A stretch of 21,132 nt of DNA from Paraspadella gotoi (GCA_051294375.1 JBJCIZ010001437.1:1-21132); one strand, 5' to 3'. Numbered from the stretch's first letter, positions 1 through 10,531 are shown. A program made the numbers and translations. Notes: a model not told the origin generated them from the sequence alone.

Positions 1-53
1 ACGCACTTTCTTCTAATCTTCTCCAATTATCTTCTCTTCCAATTTTCTTCCCT

Positions 54-60
<7 letters not shown>

Positions 61-97
<37 letters not shown>

Positions 98-110
98 CTC
101 TCTTCTCTCT

Positions 111-142
<32 letters not shown>

Positions 143-150
143 CTCTCCCT
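61..150. repeat. (CT)n microsatellite immediately upstream of an ATG
   Basis: Near-pure CT dinucleotide run read directly; the minus-strand RE-repeat ORF 27..272 is a by-product of it. Confidence 0.95.
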
Positions 151-156
151 CCAACC

Positions 157-1218
157 ATGCCCTCTGTCCTCCTACTCTTCCTCCTCCTCTTCCTTCCCTC
201 CATCCGCTGCTCCTCCGCGCCGACGCGCTCGACGCGACGACGCAGCGGCTCGCCGACGCCGTCGAACGCCATTTCCGGCGCCCCCTCTCGCCCCGGCGTC
301 TTTTATGGCGCCGGCGTTAGACCCGGCCCATGTTCGGAACCGACGCGCCTTCGCCAGACTCGCCGTCGTCCTGGAGGCGGAGGGGGCGTCGGCAGTGAGA
401 GAAATTCCAGGACGAGAGTCTCCCGGGCAGACTTCCTTTTATGGCGGGAGTGAGATGATTATGATGAATGTGATTTATGTGATGAATGTGATGATTATGA
501 TGATGTGATTATGTGATGAATGTGTGATTATGATGAATGTGATTTATGTGATGATTATGATGATGTGATGATCTGCGATGAGTGTGATTCTTTATGATGA
601 ATGTGATGATTGTGATAAATCTGAATGAATCTTATTATCGTGATGATAGTTATGATTTTTATGAATTTTATTATTGTGCTGAATGAGATGATTTTGCCAA
701 GAATTTGATGATTAAAACGTAATGAATGTGATAAATGTCATAACATTGATTTAGATTATGATGACAAGTGATAAATTATCAATTGATTGAATGCGATAAC
801 AGTGAAATGTAAGAATGTGACCAATATGATTAAATGAACAAATATGAGATAATACGACCCACTCACCCGCCAGATATTTCGCTTCCTCTCCGGCTTCCAC
901 CGCCGCTTCGCCGCTGCCGTCGACGCCGCGTCACGACGCCGCTCGCCGCTTCCGCCGCGACAGCGCGACCTCGAAGAGACGCTGCAGCGTTTCCGGAGCG
1001 CCGCCCAACGCGTCGAACGCCGTAGAGAAGCGACGCGAAGAGGCGCGCGACGCACGACGCCGCGCGTCGCGGCGCGCGGCGCCGCAGGGAAAACGTCGCC
1101 GCGGAATCTCGTCGAAGTTGGAATCGATCGTCATAGAGGCGGACGACGTGAGACGAGAGGCGAGGCGGAGAAGGTAGAGGGCGTCTCGGAATACTTGTTT
1201 ATTTATATATTCTGTTAA
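157..1218 (+). CDS. Hypothetical, possibly secreted protein; two exons (~157-449, 874-~1218) with probable frameshift errors
   Basis: ccaaccATG followed by signal-peptide-like MPSVLLLFLLLFLPSIRCS. Two GC-rich islands are separated by an AT-rich intron with gtgag donor (450) and cag acceptor (873). Exon 2 reads IFRFLSGFHRRFAAAVDAA...QRDLEETLQRFRSAAQRVERRRE. No recognised domain. Confidence 0.45.
452..660. repeat. Imperfect TGA/TGATGAATGTGATT tandem repeat at an intron 5' end
   Basis: Recurrent tgatgaatgtgatt(t)atg units, almost free of C. Confidence 0.85.
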
Positions 1219-1309
1219 CAATTTATATACGACCTAACTAAAAATTTATCTAAAATTCCGATAATTATGTATAGAAAGAAGCCGAGATTCTTAAGAAGAA
1301 ATATTCGTT

Positions 1310-1378
1310 GAGCCGTGGCGCAATGTAGCGCGTCTGACTCCAGTTCAGAAGGTTGCGTGTTCGAATCACGTCGTGTCA
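1310..1378 (+). tRNA. trnW: tRNA-Trp(CCA), copy 1 (imperfect acceptor stem; pseudogene or consensus errors)
   Basis: TGGCGCAATGTAGCGCG D-arm/A-box, TCTGA-CTCCAGT-TCAGA anticodon arm, GCGTG-TTCGAAT-CACGT T-arm. Core closely matches the animal tRNA-Trp consensus; acceptor strands are mismatched and one D-loop G is missing. Confidence 0.75.
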
Positions 1379-1455
1379 ATGATTTAAGTTTACTTTAGCT
1401 TTTATTAATTATATGCTGCTTTTTTCTTATCAAAAATTTTTTATAGTTTTTACGT

Positions 1456-1527
1456 GGGCTTGTGGCGCAACGGTAGCGCGTCTGACTCCAGATCAGAAGG
1501 TTGTGTGTTCAAATCACACCGGCCTCA
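1456..1527 (+). tRNA. trnW: tRNA-Trp(CCA), copy 2
   Basis: 72 nt GGGCTTG TGGCGCAACGGTAGCGCG TCTGA CTCCAGA TCAGA AGGTT GTGTG TTCAAAT CACAC CGGCCTC A. Canonical length, CCA anticodon, followed by a T-run Pol III terminator. Acceptor stem is weak (G-U pairs and one C-C mismatch). Confidence 0.92.
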
Positions 1528-1662
1528 TGTTTTTAAAATTCATTCCCTCCCATCTTAAATGCAACGAAAAAGAAGAAAATATAAAAGATATCTATTTTAA
1601 TTCCATATCTTTCGACTACTAAAAAGATGAATAGATGATTGTCTTCTTAGATCATAGAACGC

Positions 1663-1731
1663 GAGCCCGTGGCCAACGGATAGCGCGTCTGACTCAGTTC
1701 AGAAGTTGCGTGTCGAATCACGTCGGGCTCA
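1663..1731 (+). tRNA. trnW: tRNA-Trp-type gene, copy 3 (several single-base indels)
   Basis: Perfect acceptor stem GAGCCCG/CGGGCTC, TCTGA/TCAGA anticodon stem with a 6-nt loop CTCAGT, T-loop missing one T; T11 terminator at 1743-1753. Confidence 0.7.
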
Positions 1732-1759
1732 AACTATGTCTATTTTTTTTTTTACTCCT

Positions 1760-2859
1760 TCGCACGCCTCCACTCCCAAAAAGGAGTCGGCCATCGCTGC
1801 CCTCCAACGCTACGTCGCCGGTGAGACCCTCCTGCCTTCCGTCCTTTCTCAACTTCTCTTACATCACCGGAAGTGGTTCGTCGACGCCAATCGCCGAAGT
1901 CGACGGCGTCGTCGGGGCGTCGACGGGAGATTGAGGGCTTTGATTTAAGAGAAGATTCGGGACCAAGTTGCAGTTTGATTAGATGCATTCACATCTCGAA
2001 AGAATTGTTTCCATTTTAGATCGAGATATGTGAGATTTTTCTCAAATTACAAGAGCAGAGTATCTTTTGGTTCATTCATACGAGATTGGGTTCTTTAATC
2101 TCGTTTGCATAATGCATATGTAGATTATTTCTCATTGTGGAGACAAATTCGTGTGGACATCGAAGGACTTGAGATGAAGAACAATTCGTGATGAGACAAT
2201 TCTTTGTGGAACATCATCATCATCATATCATTGCCCACAACAATCACCCTCTAACATTTTGCTACGAACATTCAAGAAACTGTTCTTCAATATAAACATA
2301 AATAGTGATTGGCTTTGATCTATCATATTTATTACTTTGTTTTACTCTATTTTCCTATATAAGTTTTCTATTTATAAACTACTTTTCCTCGCTGCAAGAG
2401 CGTTTTATATACTTTGATATATAAATGCCTTCACTGTAGCGTTGCCACATTGCACTGTTTCCCCACTCGCCTTTCCTAACACCCTTCTACATCCCTCTAA
2501 CAGGAGCACACCCGGACGAACGAATTGGGCCACGAGGGTGTCGCCCGTGATCTAAGACTTTGCTCCGCGCTGAAGCAAATCGGGCTGGAGGAGAGGGAGT
2601 GTTGAGAGTTCCTGGGAGAGTCTCCAAAAGGTCCCTCCAGTGTGATGGTAGATTGTTCAGTGTAAATGTGGTCTTAAGAGCTCTGTTGGAGTTTGTCAAT
2701 ATTGTTATAATTTGATTTAGCCAATGTTCAAATCCAATCCATCAATCATTCATCATTAAATCAATCAATCAATCATAAATAAATCGATTAAACATGTTCT
2801 TTTATTAAATCAAACAATCCATCCATCAAAATAGAATTATCGTTCAATCAATCAACCAA

Positions 2860-2939
<80 letters not shown>

Positions 2940-2986
2940 AAATAAATAAATACATAAATAAATACATAAATAAATAAATAAAATAA

Positions 2987-3041
<55 letters not shown>

Positions 3042-3100
3042 AAAAAACACATCAATCAATCAAATCAACAATCATTGAATCATAAATTAATCGTTCGATC

Positions 3101-3134
<34 letters not shown>

Positions 3135-4476
3135 CCAGGTGAAATGCCTCGTGACCGCCTTCGACTTCCCGGCGCCATCGATTGGCGCCGGTTCGCGGCG
3201 ACGGTCCACGCCATCGCGACGCCTTCAGTCTTACTCCGCCAACTCCCGCAGCCGCTCGTCGACTGGCAAAGGTTCGAGCCTCTCATGCAGGAGGACGCGC
3301 GGCGGCGACGGCGGCTGCTGCGGAAGACGGCGCGCACGCGGTCGGGCGACGAAGAGTTGGGAAGCGTTGGCTCGACGGGCGCAGGGTGGAGAGACTCGTC
3401 GTCGTCGCGGCGCGGAAGTGGCGGAGGATTTCGCGGAGTCGGTCGTCGCCGGCGTCGCCGTGGATTTGCGGCGTCGATTTGAGGAAAGAGTTGAGGATGG
3501 AGGAGACGAGGGAAGAGGTGAGTGTTGTTGTTGTTGTTGAATATTTTGTGTTTTAGTTAAGTCTGTAATTGTTTAGAACCAAAATCGTCTATACTGACAT
3601 ATTGTGGCGAATCCTAATCGCCTCTCGTATAGCTTGGTGAAACTCAGATCGTCCCATCGCCAGTGACATGGGGGGGGTCACTGCAGGTCCAAAGCCTGAG
3701 CGCCAGCTGTCGGGAGATGCCTCACACTCCCAGGCATCACACATGTACTCCGTTGCCATAATATTTCATTTTAAACAACCAAACACAAGTTTGGGCAATA
3801 AGCGTAGTGAAAGTTGCAGATCAAATCGAATAGTTGATCATGAACAGTCTTGTACTAAAGAACAATTTTGATTTTTAAAATTTTTATTACGCTTTACGGA
3901 GTAACAAAAATATTAATGTCTTGAAACTTCAATAAAATGAACAAAACAAAAAACGTTTTTTTAATTGAAAAATAAATTTTTTTTACGAAATTTCACCTCA
4001 AGATTTTTCATTCTCAACTCTCTCTTTCTCTCCTACCCTTTCTCTCTCTCTCCCCCTCTCTCAACCCCCTCTTCCACAGCCCCCGACCCCTTCCACACCC
4101 TCGACGCCACCCTCCTTCGCGCCATCAATCATTCCCTCTACGCCACGCCCACCGTCCCCGCGTCAACCTCGCCTACGTTGTCGATCTTTCTTTCGCCATC
4201 TTGGATCGATCCTCCGTCAACAAGATGACGGCCGAAGGTCTCGGCCTGATCATGGGGCACAACTTGACGAGGGGTTGCGGCCTCGGGGGAGTCGGCGGCG
4301 GCGCCGGTCGTCCGGAATCGGCCGTCGCGTCTCAAATCGGCGGCCGTATCGTCTCGATCCGGCGACGTCGTCAGATTCGTCAAAATTTGATCGAAAATCG
4401 TGATTTTTTGTTTTCCCAAATTTTCGGCCGAAGACAGAAGAATTTTCGAAGACAACGTCGACGACGACGACGATGA
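1760..4476 (+). CDS. Divergent RhoGAP-domain protein; exons ~1760-1972, 3139-3517, 4080-4476; frameshifted in this sequence
   Basis: RhoGAP-like motifs in the expected order across frames: LPSVLSQL...IEG...SG.KLQ | VKCLVTAFD...TVHAIAT..LRQLPQPLVDWQRFEPLM | RVNLAYVVDLSFAILDRSSVNKMTAEGLGLIMGHNLTR...LIENRDFLF (cf. VHxxASxLKxYLRELPEPL and NKMTxxNLAxVFGPNL). Splice sites: ccag at 3138, gtgag at 3518, acag at 4079. The 5' exon and start are uncertain. Confidence 0.8.
2858..3041. repeat. (TAAA)n microsatellite flanked by (CAAT)n
   Basis: Long near-perfect TAAA run in the RhoGAP intron; source of the spurious IYLF ORFs. Confidence 0.97.
3603..3760. mobile_element. 158-bp insertion with short imperfect inverted termini and a 4-bp ATAT flanking duplication (solo-LTR- or MITE-like)
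   Basis: ATAT|TGTGGCGA...TTGCCATA|ATAT. GC-rich relative to the host intron, with two perfect internal 7-bp hairpins (CAGTGAC/GTCACTG and GATGCCT/AGGCATC). Confidence 0.5.
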
Positions 4477-4559
4477 TAAAAAAAATAAACAAAACAACAA
4501 GAAAAAACAAAAACAACGACATGGCAATAAATAACAAAAAGCAAAACAAAACAACCAAA

Positions 4560-5740
4560 CTAACAACAGAAGAAACGACAGCAGCGGAGGCAGGAACAGT
4601 AATGAGAACAGCAGCGGCAGCAGCAAAAATAACACCACGACTCAGTCAAACCGGCTCCAAAACTTCCGGCGTCATTAAAAACGCAACCCCCAAAATCACA
4701 GCCTCAAAGAGTTCTCTGGCGCTCCGGCGCTCTTTCTTTCACAAACCGGCGTCGTTTCCATTCACCGGCGGCGGCGTCGGCCTCCGGCGCAACTCCTCTG
4801 ATCCTTTCGTCGGCCAGAAAGTTGATGGATAGAATTCGACCGACGATTCGGAAGATGGAAACCGTCTCGGCTTTGACGGTTCAAATGCGACGGAGCAATT
4901 GAGGTCGACAACGTGGAGTGTCGGAAAAGTCGAAGAGAAAGTCTCGTCTCTGGAGCCTTTCGGGATCGCGGGAGCTGGTCGGGGTGTCAAGACAGCGGAG
5001 TTTGGGGGTGGCTGGAGAGCCGGGGGCTGCGGCTGTGGGCAGCGGCGGCTGCGGCGGGGCCAGTGGCGATGTCGACCAAGACGTCGAGGGATTCTCCCGT
5101 ACCTCGATCTCAAGAAGCCGAAGTCTAAAGGATCGATTTCATTTTCGTTCCAACCGCTCCAAAGATCGCTTCCTAGAGGAAGACGGACCGCTGCCAAGAT
5201 AAGAGGAATGACCGCTCCAATGATCGATTCCTAGAGAAACCGACCGCTGCCAAGATAAGGGAAATGACCGCTCCAATGATCGCTTCCAAGAGAAGACTGA
5301 CCACTGCCAAGATAAGGGGAATGACCGCTCCATGATCGCTTCCAAGAGAAGACCCGACCGCTGCAAGATAAGAGGATGGACCGCTCCAATGATCGCTTCC
5401 AAGAGAAGACCGACCGCTGCAAGATAAGAGGAATGACCGCTCAAAAGTGAGGAATCACTCCAGCGGATTCAATTTTAGACTCGAAGGGAGAACCTTTCTT
5501 CGATGAGAGAGCTTTATCGATGCCAGAGCGTCGTGACGTCGTTGACATTGTCGTTGCCATCTTCGCCGTCCGCCGTCGTTGCCATCTTTCGCCGTCACAG
5601 TCGTTTGCCATCGCCGTCGTTGCTATTTCGTCGTTGTCATCGTCGTCATCAAAGTCGGAAAGACTCGTCGGCGCCGACGGAAATCTCGGCCAATTTATAT
5701 TTTCGGTCGGAATTAGACAGGAAAATTTTTACCGGGTGAG
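4560..5740 (-). CDS. Hypothetical low-complexity protein (acidic D/N tract, 19-aa repeats, Pro/Ser-rich region, Cys-rich C-terminus); frameshifted
   Basis: Continuous GC-rich island reading SDFDDDDDNDE...HSSYLGSGRSSLGSDHWSG repeats...PQPQPPALQPPP...WCYFCCCRCCSHYCSCLRCCRFFCC* (TAG at 4562-4560). Convergent with the RhoGAP gene. Frame and start are uncertain. Confidence 0.45.
5153..5442. repeat. 57-bp tandem minisatellite, ~5 copies
   Basis: Consensus accgctccaatg-atcgcttccaagagaagaccg-accgctgccaagataagaggaatg, with contiguous copies and no spacers. Confidence 0.95.
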
Positions 5741-6565
5741 GGAGACAAGAAGTGAGAGGAAGACAAGAGTGAGAGGAGAGGGAGACAAGAAGTGAGAGGG
5801 AGAGGGAGACGAAAACGAAATTGAAAAAAACTTTTGTAACATCGCAGGACGCAAAGCGGGCGAGGCGGGTACATTTTACTTTACTGGTTTATTTCCTACG
5901 AATCTTGTTATCTGTAAATTTGAATTCCTAAATCAGTCATTTCTTCTGCGATAAAATAATAATAACTGACGACTCTGTCGGCGTATTGAAAATTTTACTA
6001 ACGATCCAAATCTGTATTTCGCTTCTAAAAAGTGACGTAATCACATGATGTTGGCTTTTTTTTTTTCGTTTCGACAATTTAAACAAAGCTTGGCAGATAA
6101 TCACACAATATGAAATTTTGTACAACAATGTAATAATGTTAAACTTAACCATGTGAATACTATGATTTAAATTCTTTCAGTATTTCATTCGATTTCTCAA
6201 CTCGACGTAATCACGATCATCCCTTGAAATTTAAATTCTCTTTTTCAACGCGACGCGTCCCTGAGCGTTTTCACGATTCGTAATATTATACATTTATTTT
6301 TTGTTGTATAGTTGATAGTTTAATCGCCGCTTAACAAGAATGCGCTCGTCCGCTGGGATTTTTTTTGTGGGATTTTTAACAATAAAACAAATGAAAAACG
6401 AAACAACCTTGAATTTGCCGGGATCGAAAAAAAAACAGTGTGATGATTAGAACAGTTATTAAAAAGAAAACATTAGAAAACAATTTTGAAATATGAAATT
6501 AGGGAACATTAGATAGAAGATAGAAGATAAAAGGTAGAGATAAAAATATAAAGATAGAATTTAAA

Positions 6566-6567
<2 letters not shown>

Positions 6568-6611
<44 letters not shown>

Positions 6612-6652
6612 TAATAATAATAATAATAATAAGTAATAATAATATAATAATA
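6568..6652. repeat. (TAA)n microsatellite
   Basis: Read directly. Confidence 0.95.
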
Positions 6653-6699
6653 AAATAATTTATTTTATAAATTGAAAAAAAAGTCATAATCGAACACAT

Positions 6700-7330
6700 A
6701 TATGTATACATATATATACATATATCGTAAATATATTTTCTTCTAAGACAACAACGACAACAGCACAAAGCCCAAACTACCCACCTCTTTAAACCACCCA
6801 ACCAAACCCAACCACCACAAACACCGGACCACATCACAACTACGGATTCGATCCCTCACGAGGCGAAGCGATTAAATTCGGCGAAGAGAAAATCGACGCT
6901 TGTGACTCGAAGGAAAAGTTGGGGTGAGGGGGTGAGCCGTGAGGGTGAAGGGGGCGTGCGGGTGGAAGATGGTGGTTATAGTGGGTAGGGGGTTGGAGAA
7001 GTGATTGGGGAGTGATGGGTCAGCTGATGGGGACTCGAAAATCTCCTTTGAGAGCATAAGTTTGGTCGAGGTCAAAGATCGAGAAAGTTTTAAGTTTTTT
7101 AAATTATTGCTATATCACAGTTATGAATTTTTTTTTTTCGTCGGTGACGAACGATGGTGAATTCGAATTTAATCACAAAAAGACGTCGTCGGTCATCGTC
7201 GTCTTCGTCGTCATTGTTGCGGTTTTCATCTTCAGTATCGTCGTTGTGGATGTCGTCGTCAATATCTCGTCGTCATTGTCGTCGTCGTTGCTAAATATTT
7301 GAGTATTGGACCCCGAAAGTCTCTCTCTCT

Positions 7331-7388
<58 letters not shown>

Positions 7389-7480
7389 TTCTTTCTTTTT
7401 CCTACCCGAGTCCCTCTCTCTCTCTCGTTTTCGACGACGTTAGGGAGCAGGTAAAGTCCATCATCATCATCGTCATTTTC
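6700..7480 (-). CDS. Hypothetical protein (acidic D/N tract, Pro/His/Thr-rich region, CCCRCC near the end); frameshifted
   Basis: Minus-strand pieces NDDDNDDE...IHNDDTEDENRNNDDEDDDDRRR, LSKEIFESPSADPSLPNHFSNPLPT and LKRWVVWALCCCRCCLRRK; no single open frame. Confidence 0.35.
7320..7390. repeat. (CT)n microsatellite
   Basis: Read directly. Confidence 0.95.
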
Positions 7481-8206
7481 GATTATGAAATTTCATATTT
7501 GAAAATGTTTTTTTTCTTTTTTTTTTTTTGGTTTATAATATTGTCACTTTTTTCGAACACAAAAAAAGACAATTTTTTTAAAAAAAAATTGTGAGATAAA
7601 TATTTTATTTTACAATGTAAATTTTAAGTAACTACTATTACAAAGAACAAACTTATTCACAATAACAACGAATAAACATGCTGTCGTTGTTTAAGATAAA
7701 GACAGGCAACTTTGAAATCAACGCTAAACAACAGTCCACACAGAACAAGACAACAGAGAGAAATTAACAAATCGAAATTGAGTCTCTGATCGTAGAGACA
7801 TTAACGGGTAGATACTAGATAGCCTATCAAGTTACAATTAAAAAAAATTAATATAACAATTTTCAGAAGACAACACTAAAATCCCCTCACTCCCAAAAAT
7901 TAAATTGACCAACACCTATTTCGCTAAAGATAATTTTTTACAATATATTTTACGAAAATAATACCTACAGTTGCATATTTTAATATAGTAATACAGTAAT
8001 CTTGAAATTTTCATACAACAACACTTTTATAAAAAAAACAAACAATGACAAAAAAAAAATAAATAAAAAATATCTTTTCTAGAAACTCTCACGAGCGTCC
8101 GTCGCCGTCGGAAACTAAAAAAAAAAACAAAACAAAAATAAAACCACATTAAAAAACAAAATATACAAAACAAAAACAAAACAAACCCCTAAAAACCAAA
8201 AAGACA

Positions 8207-10531
8207 ATGCCGGAAATGACAGGAGGATTGCCGCGAATGGAGGCCGAGTGGAGGCGACGCGGACGGCGAGGACTTCAAACAGGAAAGAGACAACGAGGTG
8301 ATTGACGAGAGAGTTGGAGCGGCCAAGGAGCAACTTGGAAGGGCATCTCAAGCACAAGGGAGGCATACTGAGGCCAGGTTGGCGAGTTGCGAGAAAGCAG
8401 GCGGGACGGCGAAGAAGGCGGCGATTGAAGGATGCGGAGAAGAGACATAAGAGGGATCAGGTTGAGAGGGGGGGGAGTTAATGAATTGAATGATAAATGA
8501 ATGGGATCAATTAATGAAAAATAACGAAATGAATGAATAAAAGAATTACGAAATAAACGACACTAATAAATAAATAGATTGATTTAATGAATGAATAATA
8601 TAATGAAAAAATGCCATAGAATTAATTAATAAATAAATAAAAAGAACGGAATAAATGAAATTAATTATCGAATGAATGAATGAAATGATGAATGAATGAA
8701 GTGAATTGAACGAACAAATTAACGAAACGAGAAACAGAAACAGCATATAAACTAAAGTTTTTCTTTTTTTAAGGATGACATTCCGGGGAGACATGACAAC
8801 GCGAAGCAGGGCAGCCAAGACCAGGTTACGACAAAGAAAAATAAAAACAAAGACTTAAGACAGAGACAGAGAACGATTTCCCCCCCCCGCCCCTCCTCCT
8901 CCTAGGTCCGCGCCCTCTCGAAAAGAGTTGCGGCTGAAGAGCGAAAGTTGAGAGGAGACGATTGGACGATCTCGGCGTCATGGAGTTGACCGACGGCGTT
9001 CGGCGCAGCAGGATGTGGAGAACATTGAGGAAGAGGATCGATTTGCAGAAGGTGAGGTTTTGATCCGGTTGTCGATGCGAAATGGCGTCAGTTGCTCGAG
9101 GTGGGTGAGAAAAGTGAAGGGCAGGGTAAGTTCAAGAAGTTAGGATTTGTTGACCAGCTTGATATTTCTTAATTTACAATAATAACTTATTTTATTAGTT
9201 AAATAATCCTTGAACAATTTTTAAATGTTTGGGAATTTTTACCCCCCATTTTTAGGGAAATGTAAAATCTAGCAAGGATTATTTGAAGTCACGGAGAATT
9301 AATTGATGATTGTGAATTGTTAATTCTTAGTGAGTTATATAAAACATTCGAAAGACCCAAACTATGTAGCATTTTATTTTGTTAAATCATAGAGCTTATA
9401 ATCTCATTGCATTATTGCGGTATCGTTGTATTTAGTTTTGCTAGTTTGATATATTTTTTATTTCTATTTGCCCCGAAGGTTTGATATCACTCTTTAACAT
9501 CTCATCACATTTATTATCATATCTCTTATTCCGATTTATCACAACATTCCCCATCAAGCTCTCTGTTCTATCAGGACCAAATGCGAACGAACCCCAGACG
9601 CTTCCTCGACAAAACTGGAGAAGAGAAACGCGAAGTGGGAAGCGATTGTTACGAAAAAGTTTGAGACGGCGATCACGATCGGCTTGAGGGAGGAGAATCA
9701 GAGAGCGGAGATGGAGAATCTCTCGATGCAGCTGATCTGTTCGGTGGAGGGAAGAAAAGAGTATTTGAAGGGAGGCCGAAGCGAGAGAGGTTGAAAAGAA
9801 TGCAGGTGAGGGAGAAGAGAGGAGAGAGAGAGACGAGAGAGAGAGCGAGAGAGAGAGATTGAGAGGAAGAGAGATGAGAGAAGATGAGAGAAAGAGAGAG
9901 ACAGCTGAAGAGAATTTACAATCCCATCCACACAGCGAAAAAAGAACCGATAAAATATTTCATAATATCTATTTATTGATTAAATAAAATCTCACGTCTC
10001 TCCATCCTTCCCCTCCAGGATCCTTCCTCCTCTCCAAAAAAAGAAAAAGTCCAAAGGACGCGGGCCGCCGCCCGTCGTCGACGACTACGAATACGACGAA
10101 CGAAGACGAACGCGCCAGCGACGCCTACTTACTCCTCCCGACGCCGCGAACGCCAGCGCCGCACGAACAGTCGCCGCGGCGGCGGCGGCCGACACCGTTC
10201 GCCCGTCCGTCGAAGGACGAAGCGCGAACTCGGTGGCTCCCCTCCGCCGTTCGCGCGCCAGCCGTGGAGTCTTTGAGAGGGCGGCGTGGCCGTGAACCTC
10301 TTCCGTTCGTTCGTCTCGTCGTCGACGACGATCGTGAGACGAGGAAAGAGGACGAAGAGATGAGCGTGTTGAGCGCGAGTGCGGCGAGAGAGAGAATCGC
10401 GAGGAGGGGGAAGGTGAGAGAGGAGGAGGAGAACCGGAATTGGGAGAGGATTAAAAGGATTGAGGGAATTCATGATGGCGCCACCGGCGAAGAAGAAGGT
10501 AACGAGGGAGACGGAGTGGGATGATTTGTGA
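8207..10531 (+). CDS. Hypothetical charged/coiled-coil protein; exons ~8207-8460, (8774-8824), 8906-9125, 9575-9805, 10019-10531
   Basis: Series of GC-rich islands bounded by plus-strand splice sites (cctag 8905, gtaag 9126, tcag 9574, gtgag 9806, ctccag 10018). Helical E/K/R-rich peptides such as VRALSKRVAAEERKLRE, KLEKRNAKWEAIVTKKFETAITIGLREENQRAEMENL and REEEENRNWERIKR. Frames need indel correction. Confidence 0.55.
9807..9900. repeat. GA-rich simple repeat at an intron 5' end
   Basis: Imperfect (GA)n directly after the gtgag donor. Confidence 0.9.

Noticed and set aside
27-272. RE-repeat ORF (also the similar ORFs at 15002-15300 and 9698-9931)
   Set aside because: Artefacts of (CT/GA)n repeats, or antisense shadows of exons.
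157-449. Noggin/trunk-like cystine-knot precursor
   Set aside because: Only a superficial FMAP resemblance; no cysteine framework in either exon.
1413-1622. 69-aa ORF
   Set aside because: Overlaps tRNA-Trp copy 2 and AT-rich spacer.
2487-2699. Retroelement fragment in the RhoGAP intron
   Set aside because: Moderately GC-rich, but no RT, integrase, gag or transposase motif is recognisable.
2844-3059. IYLF-repeat membrane-protein ORFs
   Set aside because: Translation of the (TAAA)n microsatellite.
5153-5442. CRISPR-like array
   Set aside because: Copies are contiguous with no unique spacers, there are no cas genes, and the context is eukaryotic.
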